Below are positions 1-13,305 of a stretch of DNA of 64,000 nucleotides, one piece after another. A program made the position numbers and the translations under genes. The notes under the pieces are model-generated. The model was not told where the DNA came from. It did not search any database and worked only from the letters and a program-made list of their open reading frames with translations. The DNA lies in assembly GCA_964016885.1 (NCBI GenBank), contig OZ024747.1:75392001-75456000 (forward strand). Reading direction: 5' to 3'. Position 1 is the stretch's first letter; every line of letters starts with the position of its first letter. Source of the DNA: Eledone cirrhosa (taxonomy: Eukaryota).

Positions 1-174
1 ACTTTCTTGTTAACTTCTCTGCTGGAATTTCAACTTCTTCATTATAAATGTCCATTTTTATATGCTGGAATAGCTTGGGTGGGCTGTCATTTTCTGAAAC
101 TAGACAAGTCACAGACCACGATTTGCTCATACCATTTTGGCAGAGTTTCTACAAGCAGAAGTCCTTCCCAATGC

Positions 175-545
175 ATTTTATCATGGCACCAACACAGGTA
201 CTTTACTGAGTGTACTGGGTACATTTTATCATGGCACCAACACTGTCACTTTACTGGGTTTATTGGGTGCATTTCATCATGGCACCAACACTGCCACTTT
301 ATTGGGTGCATTTCATTATGGCACCAACACTGGCACTTTACAGACTATATTGGGAGCATTTTATCATGACACCAACACTGGCACTTTACTGAGTGTACTG
401 GGTGCATTTTCTCATGACACTAACACTGCCACTTTACTGAGTATACTGGGTGCATTTTATCATGACACCAACACTGCCACTTTACAGACTATATTGGGTG
501 CATTTTATCATGGCACCAACACTTCCACTTTACAGACTATACTAT
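175..545. repeat. Degenerate ~39-bp minisatellite (ctgggtgcattttatcatggcaccaacactgccacttta...)
   Basis: About 9 visible units; a related, more diverged array lies at ~6785-6990. Confidence 0.8.
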
Positions 546-729
546 TTGATGTTTTAACAACTCTGCAAATTTGCTGCCTGTATATATATATATGTATATG
601 TAATCACATGTACACAACTAGAATATTTAACTATATATAGATTATGTACACACTTATGTGTATAGATGTTCTACTTTTCTGTAATAATGTTAATTTTATT
701 ATAAACTCTCTTTTTTTATATTTTCATAG

Positions 730-833
730 ATCGTCCGGATGCTGTTCAGAATTTCAGAGTGGCACTAAAATCTTCTCGAATTATTCAACTAGCTTGGGAT
801 CATCCTGAAAAACAAGTAGTCAACTCGTATACG
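730..833 (+). CDS. Lar: LAR-family RPTP exon (first in window), fibronectin type III region
   Basis: tttcatag acceptor, gtatgt donor; translates (D)RPDAVQNFRVALKSSRIIQLAWDHPEKQVVNSYT, an FN3 N-terminal pattern; phase fits next exon. Confidence 0.85.
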
Positions 834-1774
834 GTATGTGTTTGTGTGTATATTTATATATAATGTATGTATGGCTGGATGGTCCTGTAACTCCTGAAGG
901 AGTTGTACAGGTGCTGTGGTGGTATACAACATTTCTAGAGCATTTTTTTAACCTGGCAGAGCTCATCTCCTCTCTGTACAAAAAGTTTACCATAAGAGGG
1001 TTGTTGCTAGGTAGATATATAGCCATAAAACATTGCCTCAAAAAGGACCCTATCATATGTATGAGACTTGTCTAGGGGGCTGCAAAACTAACCCTTGTTT
1101 TAGCAAGGAAAATGGTCTTAAAACACTTGTTTTTGTGTTATATTGGAAACACAACTGCGGTTTACTTATGTTCTAGTAGACTCGAGCTGTCAATAAAGGT
1201 GGCAATAGTGTTGAACATATTCAATTTTTAAAGTTGAAGATTAGTATATTATATGTGTCAGGATTGCTGGATATATGAACAATCATACCGGCTAGAAAAT
1301 TTACATTTTGATATAATTAATGGTTTGTATTAGAGAGACTGAGGATCTTGTGAGTGGAAAACAAATTTACTATTATAGCAACATTACTCTATATACACAC
1401 CTGATTAATCGAGATCATCAAGAAGGGCAAGCATAGATGGGCTGGCCATGTGTGACATCTCAGAGACAACAGGTGAACTATTAGAGTAATAGACACCAAG
1501 GCAATGGAAAAAAAACTAGAGGGCAGCCAAAGACAAGATAGTGTGACAATCTGACCTGATACCACAGCCCCATATGGCCCAATATGGTCAGAGATAGAAA
1601 GCGATGGAGGTCAACCAAGGATGGATTTCTCCAACAGGAATGAGGTCTTGGATTTTGGATATATATAAACAAACCAATAAAAGAGTGTGTATTATGTGTC
1701 TATATGTGCTCATATGTATAAAGTGTATAATATATGATATATTATGTTGTATTATTTCTTTTTGTTTTCAAAAG

Positions 1775-1988
1775 CTAACCTTTGAGGGGTCAAAATCATA
1801 TTGGGAAAAGGGTACACTGAAGACCATCTACTCTCCACTTGTTTCTCGCCAAATTGGAGGTCAGGAATCTTCGTGGCAAGTTGAAAACCTGCAACCAAAG
1901 ATGAAATATGATTTCAATATCAGTGCACTTTTTCGTGATGGAACTACCGGACCTGATCAGTATCTAACCACTGAAACTCTCATTGAAC
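1775..1988 (+). CDS. Lar: LAR-family RPTP exon, FN3 region
   Basis: ttttcaaaag acceptor, gtaagt donor; LTFEGSKSYWEKG...VENLQPKMKYDFNISA...TETLIE contains the FN3 LxPxxxY motif. Confidence 0.88.
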
Positions 1989-2697
1989 GTAAGTCACCAC
2001 ACTTTTGTTGTTTTTAACAATCTCTAACATCAAAACATTGCTGACATTATCATTATATCATTTGGGCTGGGAGGACCCTTCAGTTTGTATCAAAAGACAT
2101 GACATCTCCTCTGCCAGGGTCTGGGTGGACCCTTTAGTCATGTAAGGACAAGACAACTCTCCTAGTGTTGGTGATCTACATGATAAAGGCACCCATTACA
2201 CTATGTAAAGTGGTTGGTGATAGGAAGGGCTTCCAGTCATAGAAAGCTTGCCAAACAAAGGATTGGAAGGCCCCTTCAGTTTGTGTCAAAAGACATAACA
2301 ACTTCTCTGCACTCTGTAGAATGTACATAAAGAGGATGCAGACCCCTCAGCCTGTCTGGGAGGTCAGTAGTTCCACCTCAGTACTGATTTGGTCTATGTA
2401 GACCTGTCAAACCCTTGCTAACAGGGAAAGTGGACGTTATATGATGATGATGATGGTGATGATGATGATGATGAGACAGATTATTATCAAATAACTGTCT
2501 TATCCCTTTCACATCACAAATTGCTCTCTCTCCGACAAAAAACTACTCTCTTGTGTACTGTGCATATATTCAGGAAACTATAGTTTGTCTCAAGTCCTTG
2601 CTGGGATTTGGCAGCCAGCTTTAGATCCAGTAATTATCATGTTTACTGTATAAAACCACCACCAATAATAATGATAATAATAATAAATTTCATTTAA

Positions 2698-2902
2698 CCC
2701 TTTAGCATTTAAACCTGCCATATCTGGCAAGAATTCTCTCATCTCTTTCTGTTCAAAACGGCTGTAACCGGCCACTCATATTGATGTTAAGTTATTGTTC
2801 TCAAAATAAATATCAAAATCTCATAAATTCGATATTATGAGAGGTAAAGCCTTTACCGTGAAAATATAATAGTAAATATAGAGTAATGTAAATACGAAAG
2901 GG
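2698..2902. mobile_element. piggyBac-like MITE
   Basis: TTAA on both sides (2694-2697, 2903-2906); TIRs ccctttagcattta / taaatacgaaaggg. Confidence 0.7.
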
Positions 2903-2972
2903 TTAAAAAAATTGTCTTATCTATGAGCTAATTTGTTGCATTGAATTTAATTTCTCACACAATTCTTTTCAG

Positions 2973-3139
2973 CACCGTCTTACGTTGATGTTCCTACCAT
3001 AAATAAATATGGCTCAGGAACTGTTGAACTAGGCCTGTACCGGGCCAGTGAAAAACATGGACCATTAAGCCATTACCTTTTAGTTGTTGTGCCTGAACAG
3101 TTTCCTGAAAAGGCTCCAGAAGATTTTGAACTTGAAGAG
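2973..3139 (+). CDS. Lar: LAR-family RPTP exon, membrane-proximal FN3-like region
   Basis: ttttcag / gtatgt; PPSYVDVP...LYRASEKHGPLSHYLLVVVP...PEDFELEE. Confidence 0.88.
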
Positions 3140-3211
3140 GTATGTTCTAGTTGTTATTGTTTTAACTCCCACCACACCCATTATTATCTTTGTGGTGTTT
3201 ATTTAATAGCT

Positions 3212-3401
3212 TACGAGTGTCAGTTGAAAAGTTTAGAGGCTGACCAAGATACTCTCATGGAATGACCAAATGAGGTTTATTTTTCTGAAAAGAAACAATG
3301 TAGTTATTAATAAGAAGTGTTGAAATTAATGCAAGCAAGATTTCACAGCTCTAGCATCAATCCTTCATAATCAGCCATGAACTTTTCAGGCCACTCTCGT
3401 T
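3212..3401. mobile_element. Tc1/mariner-like MITE, copy 1
   Basis: TIRs tacgagtgtcagttgaaaagtt / aacttttcaggccactctcgt; homologous to 53866-54063. Confidence 0.75.
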
Positions 3402-4424
3402 TAAGTCGGGTACTTTACCTGCTGGATAAAATGTTGAACTCATGATCAAAATGTTGTCAGTTTGCTTCCAATGCTGGACACCATGTTGTCCTTGAACAAG
3501 GCACATCATTTAATGTTACTCCAGTCCATTTAACTATCTCTGCATTCAGAATTCAAAAATTTTCAAACCTCCCCTCATCTTTCATCCTTTTAGGATCAAT
3601 AAAGTATTGGTCCAGGGTGGTTGATTGATGAAATTTGGTGAGTTTGTTATGTTTTGGCCATATGCATTCTGAGTTGAAATCTCGCCTCCTGTCACTCGAA
3701 ACAAATAATTCCATGATACAACTGAGGGGCCTATCATTAAAATACCCCACAAAACCTCCTATTGAAATCCAGTGAAACCTGCATATGTGTGAGCCATAAC
3801 AACAAATACATCAATAATAATCCATAAATAAACATGATCTTCTAAATATATAGTATTATTTAATGAGTAGACAATAATGAAATGTGACAGTCCATTAAAA
3901 ACCTGTCAAACATAATTATAATAATAATTAAATCTTATGTATATTATTCCAATATTTTTCTCCAGTCTGCAAGTAGGAAGTTGTAAAATAAAGAATTCTG
4001 AAACTTGTTAATACTTTATTTATTAAAGAAGACAGTTGCATTAAAAATTCAAATATTGACTTTAGTTTAGAGATGTAATGCCTGTATAATGAATTGATGA
4101 ACTTATTGTTTCAAAGACATTGTATCTGACTTCAAGTATTATAAATTATTCCAGTCATAGACTCTAGAATTATCTTCAGGCATGACTGTCTGAATAGGTA
4201 TTTTGCTTCACAACTATTTAGTTTAGGATTTGATTTGGTCAACTGTGTGACACCATTGGCAAGTGTCTTTTATGAGGGCCTCAAATTAACCAATACTTTG
4301 TGAAATTTAGTTGATGGAAACTGACAGTGGTAAAAAACTCTAAGGAGCGTGGGACATCAGAAGGTCTTCAAGCGTTTTGACCTTTCAAAATGTGTATATG
4401 TATGTTTCCATGTTTGTGTGTGTA

Positions 4425-4545
4425 AACTGGAGCAACCTGAAATAAAGTGTCTTGCTCAAGGACAGTATACACCATTTGGTTCAGGATTCAAACTCACAAC
4501 CTTATGATTGTGAGCCCAATGCTCTAACCACTAAGCCATGCACCT
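4425..4545 (-). mobile_element. tRNA-derived CORE-type SINE
   Basis: Minus-strand A/B-box-like head and gtccttgagcaagacactttatttc core. Confidence 0.7.
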
Positions 4546-5124
4546 TCACAATATATGAGTGTACATTACAATTACATTACAATATATACCTTTGCTAAGA
4601 ATCCATACAAACATACAAATCTAATTGCAACATCCACCAGAAAAAAAAAAATGAATTGTATTTTTTTCTTATTTTTTTCCATAAAAATATAATATATAAT
4701 TTAAAGTATAGAAAATTGAAGCAGTTTGTTTGGAATATATTTCTCAAGTAGAAGATATGAAAGTATGTGACTTAGTGGATAGTCTGTGTCTGTTGGAGTC
4801 TGCTGGCCTTGAGCCAAAATTAGAAGTCATTATTATTGAAGCAGTAGAGTGTCAAAAATCTGTGGGATGTTGAACAAAACACTTCACTGTTTTGTTACAT
4901 CGAATTACATTCTGATTTGAATTGAACCCACGACATTGTGTAATAATAATTGTTAATAAAGATATTGATAATAGAAGATCCTGATGGTACAACGATGACA
5001 GAGAGCTTAACTATGATATTTTGATTGTTTTTATGTTTAATATGTAATAATAATTGACAATAAAAATATTGAGAAAGGGGTTAACTATGATATTTTGATT
5101 ATTTTTATGTTTAATATATAATAT

Positions 5125-5241
5125 GAAGCCACGTGGCTGAGTGGTTAGAGAATTAGGTTTGCAATCGTGAGGTTGTGAGTTCAATTTCTAGACCGGGTGA
5201 TGTGTTATGTCCTTGAGCAAGACACTTTATTTCACGTTGCT
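5125..5241 (+). mobile_element. tRNA-derived CORE-type SINE
   Basis: A box tggctgagtggtta, B box gagttcaatttc, core gtccttgagcaagacactttatttcacgttgct. Confidence 0.75.
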
Positions 5242-5419
5242 TCTTCTATCTAGAGTTGCGACTGATAGATAGTATTAGCAATTGGAAAGACCAATGGAAA
5301 CATTGTTTCCTCGGTCCGATTTGTCGAGAGTCGATCGACTGTTGATGTAATAATAATTGACAATAAAGATATTGAGAAAGGGGTTAATTATGATATTTTG
5401 ATTGTTTCTGTATTTTCAG

Positions 5420-5605
5420 CTTGAAGATGATGCGCCTGTTGACATGCCGTCATCAACTGCTTATATTGCTGCTAGATTTGAAGCCAACTCCTTACCTGAT
5501 GTATTGAAACTTGGTAATAGACAAATGTATGAGTCTCATACCAACAGACCGTTAAATCCTGATTATACCTATAGAGTATTTCTCAGAGCCTATTCTGTTG
5601 ATCCA
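5420..5605 (+). CDS. Lar: LAR-family RPTP exon, extracellular juxtamembrane region
   Basis: ttttcag / gtaagt; 62 codons, AYIAARF...LKLGN...NRPLNPDYTYRVFLRAY. Confidence 0.92.
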
Positions 5606-6358
5606 GTAAGTAACATTCTAATTAAGAGCTCATCAATTTAACAAAAGATTATTTTTCAAAATAAACATTACAGTTACTATTACTAATACTACCACCTCTC
5701 GCTAGTCACTGCTGTATGAAGTTTCCTGATCTCATACCACTTCTACTCAATCATTCTCATCCCAGTCATTTCTTTTCTCATATCGTTCTCCCTGTCCAGG
5801 ATCTGCATGAATCATTATGTTCACGGTTTCCTCCACATCTCCTTATTCCAGCCATTCCAATAATAATAATAATAATGATGATGATGATGATGATGCTCAT
5901 CATTGTTTTAATGTACATTTTCCCTGCTAGCAATGGTTGGATGTGTCTACATAGACCAACTCTGTACTGAAATGGAGCTATTGATATCCCAGACAGGCCA
6001 GGGATCTGCATCTCACTTATGTACAATCTCACATTCTACTGAGTACACAGGAGAGGCTGTCATGTCTTTGACACAACTGAAGGATTTTCCCAACACTTTA
6101 TTTATAAACAATGATGATGATGATGATGATATGTCTCATAAATGTTTAATAACCACAAGTAAACAATATGAGTTGGTTTAATCCTCATCCCAAGTTGCTG
6201 AAAGACTGGTTTATCTAGAAGAGGGGGACTCTACAATTGCACCAAGTCTTATGTTCCCTCATGAACTAAATACCTTGTAGAAATAATTATAGTTTAATTT
6301 TTTTTTTCTTTAGTATTTTCACTTGACTAATGTTTATTTTTCATTCTTACTTTTCCAG

Positions 6359-6552
6359 AAACTTTACACCTCAAGTGAATATTCAGCACCATTCCAAATA
6401 AAAATAGCTGACCATGAACCAATTCAACCAGATGGAGTTGATTTGACATCAAGGTTGAATGATGCACGCAATCTTTTACTTATTGTTGCACCCGTCTGTG
6501 GTGCAGTTGGTTTGCTTATCATTGTCTGCATTTTAGTTGTTATCTATTTCAA
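6359..6552 (+). CDS. Lar: LAR-family RPTP exon encoding the transmembrane helix
   Basis: ttttccag / gtaagt; KLYTSSEYS...LLLIVAPVCGAVGLLIIVCILVVIYFK hydrophobic helix. Confidence 0.93.
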
Positions 6553-7382
6553 GTAAGTTTTAGAATCAACATTTTTTCTTTACACTGCAAAGTTTCACAA
6601 AGATCTGTCCACAAGTAAAGATACTATAAACATTTAGTACAAAACAACACTATGACTGTATCACATTAAATATTAAAATCTTTACTCTAGCACTGCAAAT
6701 TTTCACATAGATCTGTTCACTAATAAAGATACTATAAATATTTGAATTAACAAACTCATTTTTATGGCCAACTGACAGGTGAGCCTGGGTACATTTTCAT
6801 TGTGTTACCATCATGACCACTTTACAGCATGGACTGGGTGCTTTTTGTCGTGGCACCAAAATGACCATTTTACAGTGTGGACTAGGGATTGTTTGTTGTG
6901 GCATCAAAACAGCCACTTTACAGTGTGGACTGGGTGCTTTTTGTCTTGCCACCAACACAACCACTTTACAGGGTTGACTGGGTGCTTTGTAAATTTGAAA
7001 TACAAGTGTGAAAACTAAAGTAGAATAAAGTAAGAACAAAACAATAGAATAGTTTAAAATGTGATGCTATATTCTCAGAGGTTAGAACCCCTTTTTCAAA
7101 AGAATTGGTGTGCAGTGTTAATGATGAGCTGTGTTCTATTTTAGTGGAAATGAATCAGAGGATTATGGACATGTTCTGACTAGTGTAGTCACACTAAGTA
7201 ACCGATCAGCTTCATGTAACTAGTACATGTTAATTATGATAGGTTTCATTCTATTGATGAGAATCACCTCTTTGATATGCAAATTTCCAATGTTTTGTTT
7301 TGTTGACTCTATAATACCTTTGATATCTTGAGCCTGGCATGTGTTATTTATTATTATTATTTTTCTTCTTCTGTGATTGCAG

Positions 7383-7495
7383 ACGGAAATCTAATCGCAA
7401 AGAAAAAATTGATGAGCAAACAAAACCTCCTGTAGAAGTGTGTCCTCATCCAAGTGATCCTGTTGAAATGAGGAGACAACATTATCAAACCCCCG
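7383..7495 (+). CDS. Lar: LAR-family RPTP exon, cytoplasmic juxtamembrane
   Basis: ttgcag / gtatgt; RKSNRK...HPSDPVEMRRQHYQTP, the conserved LAR DPVEMRR motif. Confidence 0.93.
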
Positions 7496-8158
7496 GTATG
7501 TATTTTACATCCCACTATCTGCTACAATATACTGTACTATTAACAACCTGCTTTCTGTAGTTTTATTTATTGATCAACCAAGTAAATTTGTTTTACTTCG
7601 ATATATATGTATGTGTGTGTGTGTGTGTGTGTGTATATTTGTTTTTCTCCCACAACTTAGCAGTTTGACACTAAGAGATCAATAGAATAAGTACCAGAAT
7701 TGAAAAAAGAAGTCCTATAGCTTCAACTTAACCAGTGTCTGTTTACAATGACTTCTTTATTTATTCTCACATTATAAAGAAAACTGTTTTTTTACTTGAC
7801 TGTCTATAGCTACAGTTATGAACCATAATCTCTCAATTGTAATTAATGAACAAGTATAGCATAAGTTAATAAAACAACCTAGTTTTTAGTGATGTGACAC
7901 TGGTAATAATTTGAGTATTTACATCAGCATGAAGTTTGACCTTTGGGTTAGAAATAAAACAGCTATATTCACAGCTTAAAACCTCTAGCTTAAAAGAAAG
8001 ACTGTGGTATTCATGTCACAAGTCCTCATAAGTTAAGTTTTGTTATATAATAAATGTTGTTTTTAGCAGATGCAATTTCTCTCGTCACTGAATAAATAAT
8101 TTATTAAAATTTCATAAAATAAGTTATATTTAATTAAAATTTATTTGATTATTTCCAG

Positions 8159-8457
8159 CAATGATTAGTCATCCGCCCATTCCTGTCCATATGCTAGCAG
8201 AACATATTGAAAATTTGAAAGCAAGTGACAATCTACGCTTTTCTCAAGAATATGAATCAATCGAACCAGGGCAACAGTTTACTTGGGATAATTCTAATCT
8301 TGAAGTGAATAAGCCTAAGAATAGATATGCTAATGTCATAGCGTATGACCATTCCAGAGTCATACTTCAACCAATTGAAGGGCTACCTGGAAGTGATTAC
8401 ATTAATGCCAACTATATGGATGGTTATAGAAAGCAGAATGCTTACATTGCCACACAG
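8159..8457 (+). CDS. Lar: LAR-family RPTP exon, start of PTP D1
   Basis: ttccag / gtaaat; MISHPPIP...[16 protein letters not shown]...[15 protein letters not shown]...SDYINANY...YIATQ. Confidence 0.97.
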
Positions 8458-9303
8458 GTAAATACAATTTTTTTGTATAAGTGAATAAAAATGTATAAAT
8501 ATATAAATAAAATAAGTTAATTCACAATGCCTGCATTTGACTAGAACTGTTCGTATTTCTCATGCTCAAATGCTACAAATATCGCTTTAAAGAAAACAGC
8601 AATTTGAGAGGAAAGAAAACTTCCTATTTGTTTAAGGAAAGAAAACTTCCTATTTGTTTAAATCACCTAGTACTTAGTATTTGGTAGACCTAATCTATCC
8701 CCTGTTTTGATACTATCATCATCTAGCTGGGAAGTTCTCAAAGTGGGTGCTACCCCCTCCCCCCCCGGGGGGGGGGGGGGGCGTTGAGAAGGTCCAGGCG
8801 ATGCTGGTGCCTAAGGGGACTGCAGTAGAGATGATATAATAGTATATTAAATATCAAATGATACATATTATATATAAATATAGTAAAATAAAAAAATATA
8901 TATTTATTTATACATACTCTATATTATATTATTTATTATATATCAATGAACAATTTTATTTATTATATATTATTTACAATTTGCGTGTAGACGGGTCTCT
9001 CTGGAAATAGGGGTGTGTGCATTGAGGGTATTACGTGTTCGTGAGGGAAGCGGTGGCCCCAAAATTTTAAGAACCTCTTGCCTAGCTCTTGGGTATTTTT
9101 GGCATAGTTCCCTTATTTTGCCAGTTTTCAGGCTAGGTCTCAGGTGTGAAGACCCATGTGATGTTTATTCCTGTCTACCATTTCATTATAACAAAAATAA
9201 AAAGAATATTTCTTTGTATCATCCACATACGAAAACTTACAATGGGTTCTTGTTTCCTGTCTAAAAAATATGATACTAGAGAAATATGAATTATCCACAT
9301 ATG

Positions 9304-9343
<40 letters not shown>

Positions 9344-9495
9344 GCAAAAAGCAAACAGAAATAACAAAGCAAGATACACTACATTGATTAAATAAGTTTA
9401 ATGCTTGATATAATAGGTAAGGGTTACCATGAATACCGAATTGAAGAGCACGTTTATATGTATTGTTTTAAATCTAATTTATTCATCAATTTTAG

Positions 9496-9594
9496 GGTCC
9501 ACTTCCTGAAACATTTGGGGACTTCTGGCGCATGGTTTGGGAACAAAGAAGTTCCACTATTGTCATGATGACCAAGTTAGAGGAACGGTCAAGG
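9496..9594 (+). CDS. Lar: LAR-family RPTP exon, PTP D1
   Basis: ttttag / gtaaga; [33 protein letters not shown]. Confidence 0.96.
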
Positions 9595-9678
9595 GTAAGA
9601 TTTAAGCCAAAAATATTTTCATTCTTTAATTTTTTATTTTGGGTTTTGTTGTAAATTATTTTGAAATGGTTTCATCTA

Positions 9679-10106
9679 AACTCTTAACATCCTGTACTGC
9701 ATGAAACACCATAATCAAGGTATTTCCCCCGACCACCCCTAATATATCACGTCATCAGAGAAAAAAAAAAGATTTGCTGACCATTACTGTAGAGCAAAGG
9801 TCAAGATCATTAATGATGTTCTTCTATGGGAACCAAAGCATGGGTACGTAAATGTTAGTTGACCACATCGAACCTGGATAAAGTAACTGTGCGAGGATTC
9901 TGAGTACACCCAAGAAGACCTGCCACGTGCAATGGAAGCCTGAACAATCTAGAGAGAATGAGTCATGGCAATCTGTGCAATAAGTATGCCTGCACACTAC
10001 AATCTATTTAATACTGTAGATTTTTAAGATCTCTATTACAAACATTTGAATAAATAACCTTGTCTTTCGACATTTTCTGTGAAATCATTACAGGATGTTA
10101 AGAGTT
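9679..10106. mobile_element. MITE-like element with 18-bp terminal inverted repeats
   Basis: aactcttaacatcctgta ... tacaggatgttaagagtt perfect inverted repeat; interior contains a LINE-like 3' remnant. Confidence 0.5.
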
Positions 10107-10166
10107 AATGATGCTCTTGTAATCATCTTACTGATTATCTTTTCTATTTTTTGTTGTATTTTCTAG

Positions 10167-10286
10167 ATAAAATGTGACCAATATTGGCCCTCACGAGGTC
10201 CTGAAACATATGGTCTAATGCAGGTTACTTTACAAGATGTGACAGAACTGGCAACTTATACAATAAGAACATTCTATGTAGCTAAG
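10167..10286 (+). CDS. Lar: LAR-family RPTP exon, PTP D1
   Basis: ttctag / gtaata; [22 protein letters not shown]...TIRTFYVAK. Confidence 0.96.
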
Positions 10287-10626
10287 GTAATATATACATA
10301 TATCATCATCATTTATATATATATATATATGTGTGTGTGTATGCGTGTACCTTTTTCTTTCTAAATTTTATTGGGTAGCAGAGACCTTTTATTGTAATCA
10401 TTGTGGGACAAAGCCTTTCCAATGACAGTAACCAGATTGTATTTCTTTTTAAATAAAGAGTTTGGGAGCCAATAATTTTGTTAACAATAACCAGATTATT
10501 ACATTATCTGTAATTTTAATAAGCAATCATTTTTGTATTTCATGGAGATTTTAAATTTATCTTTGTTTTTCTGGATTTACCTTTTAAGTGATTTAATGCT
10601 ATTTTCTGTAATGTTTTCCTTCTCAG

Positions 10627-10781
10627 TATGGTTGTGCAGAAAAAAGAGAAGTTCGGCAGTTCCAGTTTACTGCCTGGCCCGACCATGGTGTACCAGATCA
10701 TCCTACACCCCTGTTGATGTTTATGCGTAGAGTAAAGGCCAGCAATCCACTGGATGCTGGTCCGATGATTGCACATTGCAG
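10627..10781 (+). CDS. Lar: LAR-family RPTP exon, PTP D1 WPD loop and catalytic HC
   Basis: tctcag / gtaggg; [17 protein letters not shown]...GPMIAHCS. Confidence 0.96.
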
Positions 10782-11329
10782 GTAGGGAGTTTATGAATCA
10801 TATGAAATCTAACACACACACACACACGTGTGTGTGCATATATATATATATATACATGACGAAAAAAAAGGAGAAAAGGGGGGGGGGGTGAAAGAGAGAA
10901 GGGAAAAAGAAAAAGGAGGAAAAATAAACAGTCCACGCTATAATGTGGCCATGTAGGTAACACGGTAAAACCCTCCCAGTCCACACTGTAAATGTGGTTG
11001 GTGTTAGGAAGGGCATCCAACCGTAGAAAACCTGCCAGATAGTCCTATACGAGCGAGACACGGTCACCCGACCAATCTTACCTCAAATGGGACAATTCCC
11101 GTCTAACCCATGCTAGCGTAGAAGATAGACGTTAAATGATGATGATGATATATATAAATAGCTGAAAAGAACGGAAATAAGTGTTTGGTGGCTGAGTGGA
11201 TTATCGCTCAAAACAAAGACAAACAATGGATTGGATGATCGGAATAGAACTAGTGATGAATGTTGTGACAAGCAAATAGAATGAGATGGTTGGGTCATGT
11301 GTAGAGGAAGAATAACAGTGACTGGGTGA

Positions 11330-11520
11330 TGGTAATAGAGCCAGTAATGAATGTTGCAAAGAGAAATGGAATAAGATGGCTGGGTCATGTGTTGAGGAAG
11401 AATGAGAGGGATTTTGGTGTGAGGAGTGAATGTGGAAGTAAGAAGAAGGCTAAGAAAGGCATGATTATGGATGATAGATGGAGAAATGATGGCCACATGG
11501 TTGGTATGGTTGAATGTAGA
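11330..11520 (+). mobile_element. Decayed RTE-like LINE 3' fragment
   Basis: Translates IRWLGHVLRK (the RTE RWxGHVxR motif); similar remnants near 1430-1640 and 18340-18600. Confidence 0.5.
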
Positions 11521-11716
11521 CTATAAGGAAAATGGAGAAGCTTATTATGGGACTTGATGGTGATTATGAAGACTGTAATGGGGCCCACAAGGCTAACCCT
11601 TGCTTTAGTAAGGAAAATCGCCTTAAAACGCTTGTTGTACTGGTGTTTATGTATTATATAGGAATTTGTTTAAATATTTTACTGATTCTAATGTTATATT
11701 CTTTATCTTTTTCTAG

Positions 11717-12002
11717 TGCTGGTGTGGGGAGAACTGGTGCTTTTATTGTGATTGACTCAATGCTTGAACGTATTAAGCATGAGAAGACTGTGGACATTTA
11801 CGGGCATGTGACTTGCTTGCGAGCTCAGCGCAACTACATGGTACAAACCGAGGACCAATATATATTCATTCACGATGCTTTACTTGAAGCTGTTACTTGT
11901 GGAAATACAGAAGTTCCTGCTCGTAATCTGGGTGCTCATATACAAAAGTTATCTCAACCGGATCCAGGAGAAACAGTAACAGGAATGGAATTAGAATTCA
12001 AG
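11717..12002 (+). CDS. Lar: LAR-family RPTP exon, PTP D1 P-loop, Q-loop and D1-D2 linker
   Basis: ttctag / gtaagt; [16 protein letters not shown]...[18 protein letters not shown]...GMELEFK. Confidence 0.97.
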
Positions 12003-12049
12003 GTAAGTGTTCAGTTTCAAATTTTTAGTGGCAGTAAATTGTTATTTGC

Positions 12050-12283
12050 TTGAAAGCACGCAAATCATTCTGGGAATCAATAAAGACCCTTCAAGACAAT
12101 AACTTTGATCTGAAGGAAGAGTGGCAAAGATCATGGAATGAGTCCAAATTTGCCAACCAAGACCTCATTCAGGACTATATATCTAAAACAGCCAGCTTTA
12201 ATCTTCCCAGAAAGCAATGGGTGTCCTTTAATTGGATCTGCACAACACATGCCAGGACAGTCCATCATTTATCATGTATTTGA
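12050..12283 (+). mobile_element. Decayed LINE ORF2 C-terminal fragment (RTE-X-like)
   Basis: EEWQRSW...FNLPRKQWVSFNWICTTHART resembles the FDLPRxxWxxLNRxRTGHGR motif. Confidence 0.45.
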
Positions 12284-12383
12284 GTATAAATCGTTAGATA
12301 TAGACTTAAATGTTAGTTGGTTAGTTTGAAATGGTAATTAGTTTATTTCATTATTTTAAAAAATATATTTCTCTTTTTTGCAG

Positions 12384-12477
12384 AGATTAGCAAACGTGAA
12401 AGCTAATCCTAACAGATTTGTCAGTGCCAATCTTCCTGTGAACAAATTTAAAAACCGACTGGTGAACATATTACCAT
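12384..12477 (+). CDS. Lar: LAR-family RPTP exon, start of PTP D2
   Basis: ttgcag / gtaagt; RLANVK...[18 protein letters not shown]. Confidence 0.95.
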
Positions 12478-13107
12478 GTAAGTATTTATTTCAAGCTTGC
12501 CTTACTTTGATATCAGTTGTCTGAAAGGTATGCAGTGTAGACAGGACTGTGATTGGTCAAATACAACCTTAGGCATGTCTATACTGCTTTATGGATTAGT
12601 ATATCTTGGACAACATTATCCAATGTGTCCTGTTATATAATGTTAGTTTGTGTTCCAGATTACTTGTGATATAGAAGCCAGATGCCTGATTGATTTAAGA
12701 CAACTGTAGCAATGACTAACCTATAAGAAATATACCTTCTTATACATGATTTAATTATTAGGATTTGTTTGAAGGGTGATTTTGCTACTATTCCTATCAG
12801 GTCAAGCAGCCTTGTAGAAGCCTATAAAAAAGTTCCTAAAAAAGCACCCCATGTCATGAAGCCTACAAGAAAGTGCCATAAAATGCTTATTACTGTGTCT
12901 TACACGAGTGTTCTAAAATACATATAATTTCTTATCTTATTGCTTGCTAATTCAGAAATTATGATGTATATATTAAAGAAGAAGTAACACAGCGTGAGAC
13001 TTGTCATTTTATTGTCACCTTAATACCCCTTATTTTAATATTTTGTCCAAACCTCTCATGCATATCAATTATATGCTAATTAATCATCAACTTAATTTTT
13101 TCACCAG

Positions 13108-13184
13108 ATGAATCAACAAGAGTGTGCTTACAGCCTATCCGAGGGGTAGATGGCTCTGACTATATCAATGCCAGCTTCATTGAT
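13108..13184 (+). CDS. Lar: LAR-family RPTP exon, PTP D2
   Basis: caccag / gtaagt; (Y)[25 protein letters not shown]. Confidence 0.95.
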
Positions 13185-13305
13185 GTAAGTTCTTTAATAT
13201 TCTCTGTTTTAAATATCTTTCTATTTAACTTACATAACTTGTTAAAATGATACAATAATTGCATGATTTGTATATTAATGTATACATTGTTTTGTTTTCC
13301 AATAG

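Noticed and set aside
137-640. 167-aa repetitive ORF (GAFYHGTNT)n
   Set aside because: Produced by a 39-bp (3n) intronic minisatellite; no splice or domain support.
5125-5200. tRNA genes at A/B-box-containing sites
   Set aside because: They run into SINE core domains and do not form full cloverleaves.
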